A stretch of DNA of 33,714 nucleotides from a bacterium (GTDB taxonomy: Bacteria > Bacteroidota > Ignavibacteria > UBA10030): contig JAZDJN010000030.1 of the NCBI GenBank assembly GCA_043803945.1, forward strand, positions 1 through 33,714. Reading direction: 5' to 3'. The position numbers were made by a program, and so were the translations under genes. The notes beneath the pieces were generated by a model, which was not told the DNA's origin, ran no database searches, and saw nothing but the letters and a program-made list of their open reading frames with translations. This document shows, one piece after another, positions 20,326 through 30,704 of the stretch; positions within the stretch are counted from its first letter, which is position 1; each line of letters opens with the position of its first letter.

Positions 20326-20390
20326 AGACTCCATAGGAGTCTCACGTTTGTAATAATAGAAGGAAGCAGAATGAACTCCGTATGGAGTTC
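20326..20390. repeat. Pair of related short palindromes (REP-like)
   Basis: AGACTCC-ata-GGAGTCT (20326-20342) and GAACTCC-gtat-GGAGTTC (20373-20390). Confidence 0.6.
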
Positions 20391-20414
20391 AACTCAAAGT
20401 GTCTCCCGGCGTTT

Positions 20415-20443
20415 TTGCCTTTCAGTCGTTTAACGGTTATATT
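20415..20443 (+). promoter_or_regulatory. Probable murA promoter
   Basis: TTGCCT-17 nt-TATATT, 44 nt before the GTG start. Confidence 0.55.
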
Positions 20444-20487
20444 CACTCAACTTCTTCCACCGATCACAAACAACATGTGAGGGTATT

Positions 20488-21759
20488 GTGGATAAATTTG
20501 TTGTCTCCGGCGGTTATGGTCTCAGCGGATCTGTCCAAATCAGCGGAGCGAAAAATGCCTCGCTCGCACTGATGCCGGCTGCACTGCTCGCATCGGGAAC
20601 CTATCGACTTGCGAATACCCCCATCCTGCGGGATGTTGGTACCATGGCCCGGCTGCTCGAAACCATGGGAATGGAGATCACGCGTGACGATCACACATTA
20701 ACTATCAAGACCGACAAGGTAAACTGTTTTGAAGCGCCATATGAGCATGTGAAAAAAATGCGTGCTTCTATTTACGTCCTCGGCCCGCTGGTCAGCCGGT
20801 TTGGCCAGGCCCGAGTCTCGCTTCCGGGCGGATGTGCCTGGGGTCCCCGCCCTGTCAACCTCCATTTAGAAGGGCTCAAAAAGCTGGGCGCTGAGATTGA
20901 ATTAGATGGGGGATACATCAACGCAAAGGCGAAACGGCTCAAGGGTGCCCGGATCCTCTTCGATGTTTCCAGCGTCGGCGCTACAGGAAATATTATGATG
21001 GCTGCGGTGCTTGCTCAGGGAACCACCATTATCGATAACGCCGCGATGGAGCCTGAAATTACTTCGCTTGCAGAATTCCTCGTCCGCATGGGAGCAAAAA
21101 TCCATGGCATCGGCAGCAACCACCTTGAAATAGAAGGAGTAGACAGTTTACATCCCGCTGATTTCTCAACCATTCCAGACCGCATCGAGGCGGGGACATT
21201 TCTTATTGCTGCCGCGATGGCGGGGAAACAGGGGGAAACACTCCGTATTGAACGCTGTAACCCGTCGCATCTCAGTGCGATCACCACAAAACTTGAAGAT
21301 GCCGGAGCCGTGTTAAAACTCGGTAACGACGTTGTGGAGATCCAGCCGCCTGATGAGATCCGTCCGGTCAACATTACAACCTCAATGTATTCTGGCTTCC
21401 CGACCGATATGCAGGCACAGTGGATTGCCCTCATGTCGCTCGCCAAGGGGACGAGTATCATTACAGAGACGATTTATTCTGACCGTTTTATGCATGTTCC
21501 TGAACTGATCCGGCTGGGAGCCAACGTCACGGTGAAAGAAAATATTGCGACCGTCGTTGGTGTGGAGAAAATGAAGGGCGCTAAAGTAATGTCGACGGAT
21601 TTACGGGCAAGTGCCTCTCTTATTCTTGCAGGGCTTGCCGCTGATGGAACATCGGAAGTGTTACGTGTCTATCATCTCGATCGCGGCTATGAATCGATAG
21701 AAAAAAAACTCCAGCAGCTCGGAGCACACATCGAGCGGGTGAGCGGGGAGGAATATTAG
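20488..21759 (+). CDS. murA: UDP-N-acetylglucosamine 1-carboxyvinyltransferase
   Basis: SGAKNA, MRAS, LPGGCAWGPRP (active-site Cys), SVGAT, PDRIEAGT, GFPTDMQAQ, TDLRA, HLDRGYE. Confidence 0.98.
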   Translation: MDKFVVSGGYGLSGSVQISGAKNASLALMPAALLASGTYRLANTPILRDVGTMARLLETMGMEITRDDHTLTIKTDKVNCFEAPYEHVKKMRASIYVLGPLVSRFGQARVSLPGGCAWGPRPVNLHLEGLKKLGAEIELDGGYINAKAKRLKGARILFDVSSVGATGNIMMAAVLAQGTTIIDNAAMEPEITSLAEFLVRMGAKIHGIGSNHLEIEGVDSLHPADFSTIPDRIEAGTFLIAAAMAGKQGETLRIERCNPSHLSAITTKLEDAGAVLKLGNDVVEIQPPDEIRPVNITTSMYSGFPTDMQAQWIALMSLAKGTSIITETIYSDRFMHVPELIRLGANVTVKENIATVVGVEKMKGAKVMSTDLRASASLILAGLAADGTSEVLRVYHLDRGYESIEKKLQQLGAHIERVSGEEY

Positions 21760-21806
21760 TGCGATTCCTTGAAAGTAATGTTGTGTTTTTTTGACCCCCT
21801 CAAACG

Positions 21807-21934
21807 AGGTTGTCCAGAATGACAAAATACCAGGGCGTCACGAACCATTTCGTGATGCAAAATGCAGAGAACAGGCGGAATTGATGTGTCACGGTGTGGA
21901 CCGTGACACCCATGGCGTACTTTTTAGACAGCCT
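21807..21934. mobile_element. Small MITE-like element with internal hairpins
   Basis: Ends AGGTTGTCCAGAA / TTTTAGACAGCCT (10/13 IR); internal stems at 21835-21858 and 21886-21909 (perfect 10 bp GTGTCACGGT/ACCGTGACAC). Confidence 0.45.
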
Positions 21935-21980
21935 ATATAAAAATCCTGTCATAGAGGAAATGGAGTATGGCGAAGCATTC

Positions 21981-24239
21981 ATGAGCAAACAATTCCTCTT
22001 CTCCTGGCCAACGCTTATCTGCTTCCTTCTGCTCGTTCTGTACTCCTTGCTGTGTACACAACTGCCCCTCTTTAATTATCTCGGCTATGAATTCTCTGCA
22101 CTCACCGCTCTCGTTGCGGGCCTGCTAACAGGATTCCTGACCATCTCGTTCTGGATCCGATGGGAAAAAAAGAAAGAGCCGAATCTCTGGCAATTCACTC
22201 GATCGGCGTTTGCTGTGGAGGCCCTTCTTTTCCTGGTACCGGCAGTTGTTCTCTCATTAAATGCATTTGTTGTTAAAAATTGCTCCTGGGAAAAAGGAAT
22301 CCTGTTTTATCTGTTTACACCGCTGCCTGCAGTTCTCCTGGCGCATGCGCTCGCACTCTTCATCAGTGTCCAGATGCATCAATGGCGAAGGGTAACCTTT
22401 GTTTTCGTGTACCTTCTCATGCTTCTTCATCTCATCATTGTTCCCATGGCCGCGACACAGATTTTTGTTTTCAATCCGATCATCGGATTTTTCCCCGGGG
22501 TTACATACGATGAAACGATGAAGGTGCTCGATCGCCTCTTTCTTTACCGGATTGGCACAGTTGCCGCAGCATGCTTTCTCATAACCATCGCACAAACATT
22601 GTATCGGCGGGCCCTGGCAGGAAAGGAAGCTGGATCGGCTTCACGGATAACGCTCGTGTGGTGGGAGCAGTATTCCCTCGGACTGTTTCTTCTCATTATT
22701 CTTGTTCTCTATTTCTCGAGCAACTCACTCGGGCTTTCCTCCTCATCCTCCTTTATCCGCGATGAATTCCATGGTGTGAAAGAGACCGAACATTTTATCA
22801 TCATTTATCCTGATACGATGCTGAAAGGTGTTGATCTCGATATGGCGGTTCAACTCCATGAATTTCACTACAGAGAACTGTCCGAACAACTCCAGATTGC
22901 CCCGGCGGAAAAAATCACTTCCTATCTATATGCATCGGAAGAAGAGAAAGCGCGGCTGATTGGAGCAGGAGGGACAAATATCACAAAACCATGGCTGCGG
23001 GAAATGCATATGAATCTCGCGGATGTACGGGGAGTTCTCAGGCATGAGATGGTGCATGTGCTGGCTGCGGAATTTGGCATACCGCTGTTGCGGATCAGTC
23101 TGAATTCGGGTTTCATCGAAGGCCTCGCGGTGGCGCTCGACCCGGTGGAATACAGCGAACACATTCATCGGCTTGCTGCGATGGTGTTTGCCGTACGCTT
23201 GCAGCCCGATATGGCGAGCCTGTTTTCAATCACGGGATTTATGAAACAAAGTCCGACGATAAGTTATACTATGGCGGGATCGTTCTGCCGCTTTCTCATT
23301 GACCGGTACGGGATTAACCGATTTAAAATCGCATACCGAACAGGGAATCTCTCCTTGGCATATGGCAAACCATTTATTACGCTTCAGCGCGAATGGCGGC
23401 GGTTGTTACGTCGTTCATATGTTTCTGAAGGAGAGCGAAAGAAAGCAGTGTACCTGTTCCGGAGGCCAAGCATCTTTGCGAAGGAATGCGCCCGGACCAT
23501 CGCCAATCTCAATGCGGAGGCACAATCGCTCTTTGGATCCAGGGAATACCAGCGTGCGCTCGAAACGAGTAACCGGTCGCTGGAACTCTCGCGCAGCACC
23601 AGCGCCCTCTCGCTCAGAATCAATGCACTCTTCAGGCTGGAGCGGTATCAGGAGGCAATTGATTATTCGCATGCTGTGCTGGGCGATTCATCCGTGGCCC
23701 ATTCCCTCATTACCCTCAAACTCGTTCTTGGCGACTCCTACTGGGCGATCGATTCCATTGCTGCCGCAAAACAGCAATGGGAAGAACTGTTATCGGTTCA
23801 GATAAGTCCGGCGTGGGACGAAGCATGTGCCCTGCGCCTTGAGGCACTCATGAATTTAAAACTTGCCCGGGAACTGAAGCCGTACTTTCTGCAAGACCTC
23901 GACACTCTGGCGCGGAGGCAGTTGCTCGAGAAGCTTTCGGCCGATGTGCTGACGAACAGTGTACCGAACTACCTGCTTGCGCGAGATCTCTCTTTCGAAA
24001 ATGAAATTGAGAAATCCATTCAATGCTTTTTTAAGATACCCAGGATGAAAATCGATGTACTGGAAGGCCAGCGGATGCAGCGAACTGCACGGTTGAATCT
24101 TCGTTTAGGCCGGTATGAAAGGAGCAAGATCTATTACTGGCGCTCGTTGAACTACATCACGAACCAGGGAAGAATATTTGAAACGGAAGAACGAATCCGG
24201 TTCGGAACCTGGATGTATGATCATCGGACTGTGGAGTAG
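21981..24239 (+). CDS. Polytopic membrane protein with gluzincin-like (HExxH...E) domain and C-terminal TPR-like helices
   Basis: About 7 N-terminal TM segments; LRHEMVHVL...FIEGLAV; helical TPR-like tail. Start uncertain (ORF open from 21894). Confidence 0.75.
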   Translation: MSKQFLFSWPTLICFLLLVLYSLLCTQLPLFNYLGYEFSALTALVAGLLTGFLTISFWIRWEKKKEPNLWQFTRSAFAVEALLFLVPAVVLSLNAFVVKNCSWEKGILFYLFTPLPAVLLAHALALFISVQMHQWRRVTFVFVYLLMLLHLIIVPMAATQIFVFNPIIGFFPGVTYDETMKVLDRLFLYRIGTVAAACFLITIAQTLYRRALAGKEAGSASRITLVWWEQYSLGLFLLIILVLYFSSNSLGLSSSSSFIRDEFHGVKETEHFIIIYPDTMLKGVDLDMAVQLHEFHYRELSEQLQIAPAEKITSYLYASEEEKARLIGAGGTNITKPWLREMHMNLADVRGVLRHEMVHVLAAEFGIPLLRISLNSGFIEGLAVALDPVEYSEHIHRLAAMVFAVRLQPDMASLFSITGFMKQSPTISYTMAGSFCRFLIDRYGINRFKIAYRTGNLSLAYGKPFITLQREWRRLLRRSYVSEGERKKAVYLFRRPSIFAKECARTIANLNAEAQSLFGSREYQRALETSNRSLELSRSTSALSLRINALFRLERYQEAIDYSHAVLGDSSVAHSLITLKLVLGDSYWAIDSIAAAKQQWEELLSVQISPAWDEACALRLEALMNLKLARELKPYFLQDLDTLARRQLLEKLSADVLTNSVPNYLLARDLSFENEIEKSIQCFFKIPRMKIDVLEGQRMQRTARLNLRLGRYERSKIYYWRSLNYITNQGRIFETEERIRFGTWMYDHRTVE

Positions 24240-24458
24240 ATATCTCATCACTTCGATTTCGCCTCCCACCTCCGCCAATTGTTAAAATCTGGACCGCTGA
24301 TTCCCGACGGTCTCGAAATAGTCAATAGAATATAGGGAATACAATGGTTTCCTGATTCTGACATTAGACGTTTCTGCAGAGTGCTTCATGCTGGTGCCGG
24401 ATCTGTTCGTTGCATTTCCGTCAAAAATTCTCTTAATTAGCCCCAGTTAAAAAGAGTA

Positions 24459-24540
24459 GCCACAAAGACACGAAGGCACCAGGAACGTTTTTTATTGCAA
24501 TAAAAATATCATTTACGTCGTGCCTTAGTGACTTAGTGGC
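24459..24540. mobile_element. Empty CACNAAG-arm inverted-repeat element (copy A)
   Basis: GCCACAAAGACACGAAGGCACC / CGTGCCTTAGTGACTTAGTGGC (18/22 IR, 8-nt period); central perfect palindrome TTTTTATTGCAATAAAAA (24489-24506). Confidence 0.7.
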
Positions 24541-24602
24541 AGGTATTTTTATGAGACTTAATAAAGCCTTCCAAAACATTGAACTCAAGTGAACAATCCT
24601 AA

Positions 24603-26517
<1,915 letters not shown>

Positions 26518-26526
26518 GGAGAACCT

Positions 26527-27924
26527 ATGACTCCCCAAATAAAATTCGGAACCGACGGCTGGCGCGGTATTATCGCTGCCGATTTTACATTCGACAATGT
26601 TGCCAAAGTTGCACTGGCAACAGCCAACTATTTCAAACGTCACAAGAAAATTAAAAACGGAATCGTTGTCGGCTATGACTCGAGGTTTCTCTCGAAGGAG
26701 TTTGCCGAGAAGACGGCGGAAGTCCTGGGGAACCGGGGCATCAAGGTTATTCTCTCAGATAAGATCTCCTCAACGCCGATGGTTTCACTGCTTACAAAAA
26801 AACTCAATGCAGCAGCGGGTGTCGTCATTACGGCAAGTCACAATCCGGCGAAGTATAATGGATTCAAGATTAAAGGCGACTTCGGCGGGCCGGCTCACCC
26901 TGAGATGATCGACAAGGTCGAACGGGAATTGAAGAAGGTACTCAAAGCAAAGATCGAGCTGAAAAAATCGTTGCAACAGCTCGTCGATAAAGGCATTGTG
27001 AAGTATATGGATTTTACCGCTGCCTATGTGGAGGATTTGAAATCCAAACTTGATTGCACCATCGTTGAACAGGCAGGCCTGAAAATCGCCTATGACGCGA
27101 TGCATGGTGCCGGTCAGGGTGTAATGGCAATGCTTGTTCCGCTTCGGGCAGAACTCCGGAATTCCTTCAACCCCTCCTTCGGAGGGGCGCATCCGGAACC
27201 CTTGCCGCAGCACCTGCAGGATCTTGCATCGACTGTAGTGATGACAGGATGCGATATCGGCATAGCAACGGATGGCGATGCCGACCGCATCGGCGTGATG
27301 GATGAGAAAGGGAACTTTGTCGATTCACACCGCATCTTTGCGCTGCTGCTGAAATACTTTGTTGAGAATAAGAAATTGACAGGCGAAGTCGCAAAATCAT
27401 TTTCCGTCAGCCAGATCATCAACAAGATGTGCGAGAAGTATGGATTGAAGCTGCATGAAACCGCGATCGGCTTCAAGCATCTGTGCCGGCTGATGACCGA
27501 ACGGGATATTCTCATTGCAGCAGAAGAAAGCGGCGGCCTTGGTGTCAAGGGCCATCTTCCGGAGCGGGATGGTATTTATGTCGGCCTGTTGCTCTGCGAG
27601 ATTATGGCGTTCCGGAAGAAGAAGCTCAGCGAACTTGTCGATGAGCTTATGAATGAGTTCGGCTGGCACTACTTCAATCGTATCGATTCTCATCTGACGG
27701 AGAAGGACAAGCTTCGAATCCTTGCTGCCTATAAAAAAGGGGTGAAGGAGTTAGCCGGCTATCCTATCCAGCGGATCGAGAAGACGGATGGATTCAAACT
27801 TTTCGTCGACAACGGCTGGGTGCTTGTTCGCGCATCCGGAACCGAACCTCTTATTCGCTACTATGCCGAAGCGGATTCGATCGAGAAGGTGAATACACTT
27901 CTGAAGGCTGCAACAAGTTTCTAA
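26527..27924 (+). CDS. Phosphoglucomutase/phosphomannomutase family protein
   Basis: FGTDGWRG, ITASHNP, DGDADR, EESGG, VRASGTEPLIRYYAE; AAGGAG RBS. Confidence 0.96.
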   Translation: MTPQIKFGTDGWRGIIAADFTFDNVAKVALATANYFKRHKKIKNGIVVGYDSRFLSKEFAEKTAEVLGNRGIKVILSDKISSTPMVSLLTKKLNAAAGVVITASHNPAKYNGFKIKGDFGGPAHPEMIDKVERELKKVLKAKIELKKSLQQLVDKGIVKYMDFTAAYVEDLKSKLDCTIVEQAGLKIAYDAMHGAGQGVMAMLVPLRAELRNSFNPSFGGAHPEPLPQHLQDLASTVVMTGCDIGIATDGDADRIGVMDEKGNFVDSHRIFALLLKYFVENKKLTGEVAKSFSVSQIINKMCEKYGLKLHETAIGFKHLCRLMTERDILIAAEESGGLGVKGHLPERDGIYVGLLLCEIMAFRKKKLSELVDELMNEFGWHYFNRIDSHLTEKDKLRILAAYKKGVKELAGYPIQRIEKTDGFKLFVDNGWVLVRASGTEPLIRYYAEADSIEKVNTLLKAATSF

Positions 27925-27966
27925 TCTTTTCGTTTATTGTTTACCAAAATCAAATTATCATGGTTT

Positions 27967-27996
27967 ATGGACCCGGCTCACTGGAGCCGGGCCCAT
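27967..27996 (+). other. GC-rich intergenic hairpin just before an RBS
   Basis: ATGG-a-CCCGGCTC-actg-GAGCCGGG-c-CCAT; no U-tract; AAGGAG follows at 28001. Confidence 0.5.
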
Positions 27997-28014
27997 GCTG
28001 AAGGAGTAGAACGT

Positions 28015-30435
28015 GTGAGAAGAACTCTCTTGGCAATTCTGTGTGTGTTTCATGTCTCTGTATTTGGTGGATCCAATCCGAAAAAGGCGGTCGCGATCCG
28101 AACACCCACCGCTCCGACAATCAATGGCCGTCTGGATGAGCCTGTCTGGAAGCTTGCCCAGCCCATTGTAGACTTTGTCCAATTCGAACCAATTGAAGGC
28201 GCGGCGCCAGGCCAAAAAACGGAAGTACGAATTCTGTATGATAATGAAGCGCTGTACTTCGGCTGCCGGATGTATGATACCGATCCTTCAAAGATTGTCG
28301 GCCGCCTGGTACGCCGTGACGATGAAATTGACGCCGATGTCATCTCTCTCAGAATCGACAGCTATCACGACCACCAAACCAATTTTGAGTTCACCATTAA
28401 CGCGGCCGGTGTGAAAATCGATATTCTCCAGTACGACGATGGAAGAAAAGAAGATCCCTCATGGGATGTCGTGTGGGATGTCGAAACGACCATTGATGAC
28501 CAGGGGTGGATTGCGGAGATTAAGATTCCGTTCAGCGTTCTTCGCTACTCGCGGTCGGAGGTTCAGGATTGGGGTTTGCAGATCGTTCGAGGAATTTCGC
28601 GAACCCACGAATCCATCTACTGGACAATGATTGGGAAAAAGGAAAGCGGTTGGACATCGAAGTTCAGCCACCTGGTTGGTATCGATAAACTTCCCTCTAC
28701 ATCGCATGTTGAACTGATGCCGTATGCAGTCGGGGGCAGCAGGTTCATGCCGAAGTCTCTATCGCATCCCGATGGCACCGATCGTTCCCTGAATGCCGGA
28801 CTCGATCTCAAGGTCAGGCCATCCGGCGGGATTACGATCGATGCAACGTTCAATCCCGATTTCGGACAGGTTGAAGCAGACCCCGCCGTGTTGAATCTTA
28901 CGACGTACGAAACATTCTATCCTGAGAAGCGCCCATTTTTCATTGAGGGATCGCAGATCATTCACTTCTCAACCTTTGGCGATGATTTTGGACCCGGCCT
29001 ATTCTACTCACGCCGTATCGGACGTTCTATAGAGGTTGAAGATCCTGATGGCGGATATGTACTGCATGAGCCTCAATTTGCTTCCATTCTGGGAGCGGTG
29101 AAACTCTCCGGCAAAACGGAGGATGGGTGGTCAATTGGAATTTTGGAGGCACTGACACAGCGAGAGACCGCAACGCTTGTGGATGCATTGGGAAACAAAA
29201 CCGATCAGGTTGTTGAGCCGTTGACGAATTACGGTGTGCTCCGGTTAAAGAAAGATTTTTGGGGCAATTCGAATGCCGGAATGATTCTCACATCGGTCAA
29301 CCGCGATGGCCGCGTACCGGCAAATACGGCGGGTCTGGATTGGAACCTCAAGTTCAATGATAACATGTATCGGGTTGACGGTTTTCTCGCAGGCTCACGA
29401 ACGACCACCTTGAGCGGTGATCGGTTGGATGGTTCAGCAGGGAAATTGAGCTTTAATAAAGAGGGGGGTGAACACTGGCGGTATTCGACCTCGATCGATT
29501 TTACATCGAAGAAATACAATATCAACGACATCGGGTATTTCCGCCGCCCGAATGATTTTGGATCGAATGGTCAACTTGAATACCGTAACGATGTTCCGGG
29601 CGATCATGTCCGGAGCTGGTCGGTGAGTGCTGGTTATCATTATCGGAATACCTTCAGCAATGCCGAATTGAATAAATCGGTTGGGCTGGAAGCGGGGATT
29701 CTATTCCTCAATTACTGGGAACTCTGGCTGGAGGGCGACATCGACCGTGGAAAATATGATGACCGTGAATCTCGCGGTCACGGCCTCTATCGGAAACCGG
29801 GCTCACAGAAATTCGGATTGAGTGTGGAAACAGATTCTCGCCAGTCAATCGTTCTGGATGTTATGGCAGGATTTGAACGCGATGAACGCGCAGGACGGGC
29901 GTTCGAAATTGGAGCTGAGATCGAGCTTCGGCCCGTTTCGAACATTGCATTGGAATTCAACCTGGGATATCAGGAGCGAGAAAACGTCTTTGCCTGGATG
30001 ACAAATGTTATTCCAATCTGGTCATCCTCAATGAATTTCACCAATGCTGTATTTGCCGAACGGACAACCCAAGAGTGGGATCTCACGTCACGAGGATCGG
30101 TTGTCTTTTTAAGGGATCTTACCCTGCAGTACTATGTACAGATCTTTTTTGCGAAGGGGAAGTATGAGCATCCCGAGATCATGGCGGGGGAGGATCGATT
30201 CCTTCCTTATCCGTTCGTTCCTGTGGAGCAATTCAACGAGCTGGCATTCAATTCGAATCTGGTCTTACGCTGGGAATATCTTCCCGGCAGTACGCTCTAT
30301 CTCGTGTGGTCGCAAGCACGGAATGGATCCCGTGGTTTATTTGAAACGCCATTGAGTGAAAACTTCTCCAATACATTTTCACTGCCGTCAACGAATGCGT
30401 TATTGTTGAAAATCAGCTACTGGTTCAGCTATTAG
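28015..30435 (+). CDS. DUF5916 outer-membrane protein with N-terminal CBM9-like domain
   Basis: GTG 28015 after AAGGAG gives a signal peptide; INGRLDEPVW, YDNEALYFG, GWIAEIKIPF; NPDFGQVEAD, FYPEKRPFFIEG, LFYSRRIG; barrel-like tail KISYW. Confidence 0.85.
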   Translation: MRRTLLAILCVFHVSVFGGSNPKKAVAIRTPTAPTINGRLDEPVWKLAQPIVDFVQFEPIEGAAPGQKTEVRILYDNEALYFGCRMYDTDPSKIVGRLVRRDDEIDADVISLRIDSYHDHQTNFEFTINAAGVKIDILQYDDGRKEDPSWDVVWDVETTIDDQGWIAEIKIPFSVLRYSRSEVQDWGLQIVRGISRTHESIYWTMIGKKESGWTSKFSHLVGIDKLPSTSHVELMPYAVGGSRFMPKSLSHPDGTDRSLNAGLDLKVRPSGGITIDATFNPDFGQVEADPAVLNLTTYETFYPEKRPFFIEGSQIIHFSTFGDDFGPGLFYSRRIGRSIEVEDPDGGYVLHEPQFASILGAVKLSGKTEDGWSIGILEALTQRETATLVDALGNKTDQVVEPLTNYGVLRLKKDFWGNSNAGMILTSVNRDGRVPANTAGLDWNLKFNDNMYRVDGFLAGSRTTTLSGDRLDGSAGKLSFNKEGGEHWRYSTSIDFTSKKYNINDIGYFRRPNDFGSNGQLEYRNDVPGDHVRSWSVSAGYHYRNTFSNAELNKSVGLEAGILFLNYWELWLEGDIDRGKYDDRESRGHGLYRKPGSQKFGLSVETDSRQSIVLDVMAGFERDERAGRAFEIGAEIELRPVSNIALEFNLGYQERENVFAWMTNVIPIWSSSMNFTNAVFAERTTQEWDLTSRGSVVFLRDLTLQYYVQIFFAKGKYEHPEIMAGEDRFLPYPFVPVEQFNELAFNSNLVLRWEYLPGSTLYLVWSQARNGSRGLFETPLSENFSNTFSLPSTNALLLKISYWFSY

Positions 30436-30448
30436 CTTATTAAAAAAA

Positions 30449-30686
30449 AACCGCCAAGGTCGCCACGAAAATATTCTTTTTTTTAATCGAGCGATTTGAA
30501 TAACAATAGGCATTTCCGAAAAATGCCACAGAGGCACCGAGAACACAGAGATTTGTTTTTGAAATTCAATTATACTCACGCATCGATACAATGAGTAATT
30601 CTCTTTTCTCTGTGTGCTTTGAGTCTCTGTGGCTGACTAATTACCGATTTCTATGAACATCTTACTGATTTGGCGACTTGGCGGTT
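30449..30686. mobile_element. Two nested inverted-repeat elements (copy C)
   Basis: Outer AACCGCCAAGGTCGCCA / TGGCGACTTGGCGGTT (one indel); inner GCCACAGAGGCACCGAGAACACAGAGA (30525-30551) / TCTCTGTGTGCTTTGAGTCTCTGTGGC (30607-30633), 22/27. Confidence 0.7.
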
Positions 30687-30704
30687 CATTAATTAGGAGT
30701 TGGT

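Noticed and set aside
24240-24450. Possible ncRNA or tRNA upstream of eno
   Set aside because: No cloverleaf, T-loop or other recognisable conserved structure by eye; an Infernal/Rfam scan would be needed to exclude it fully.
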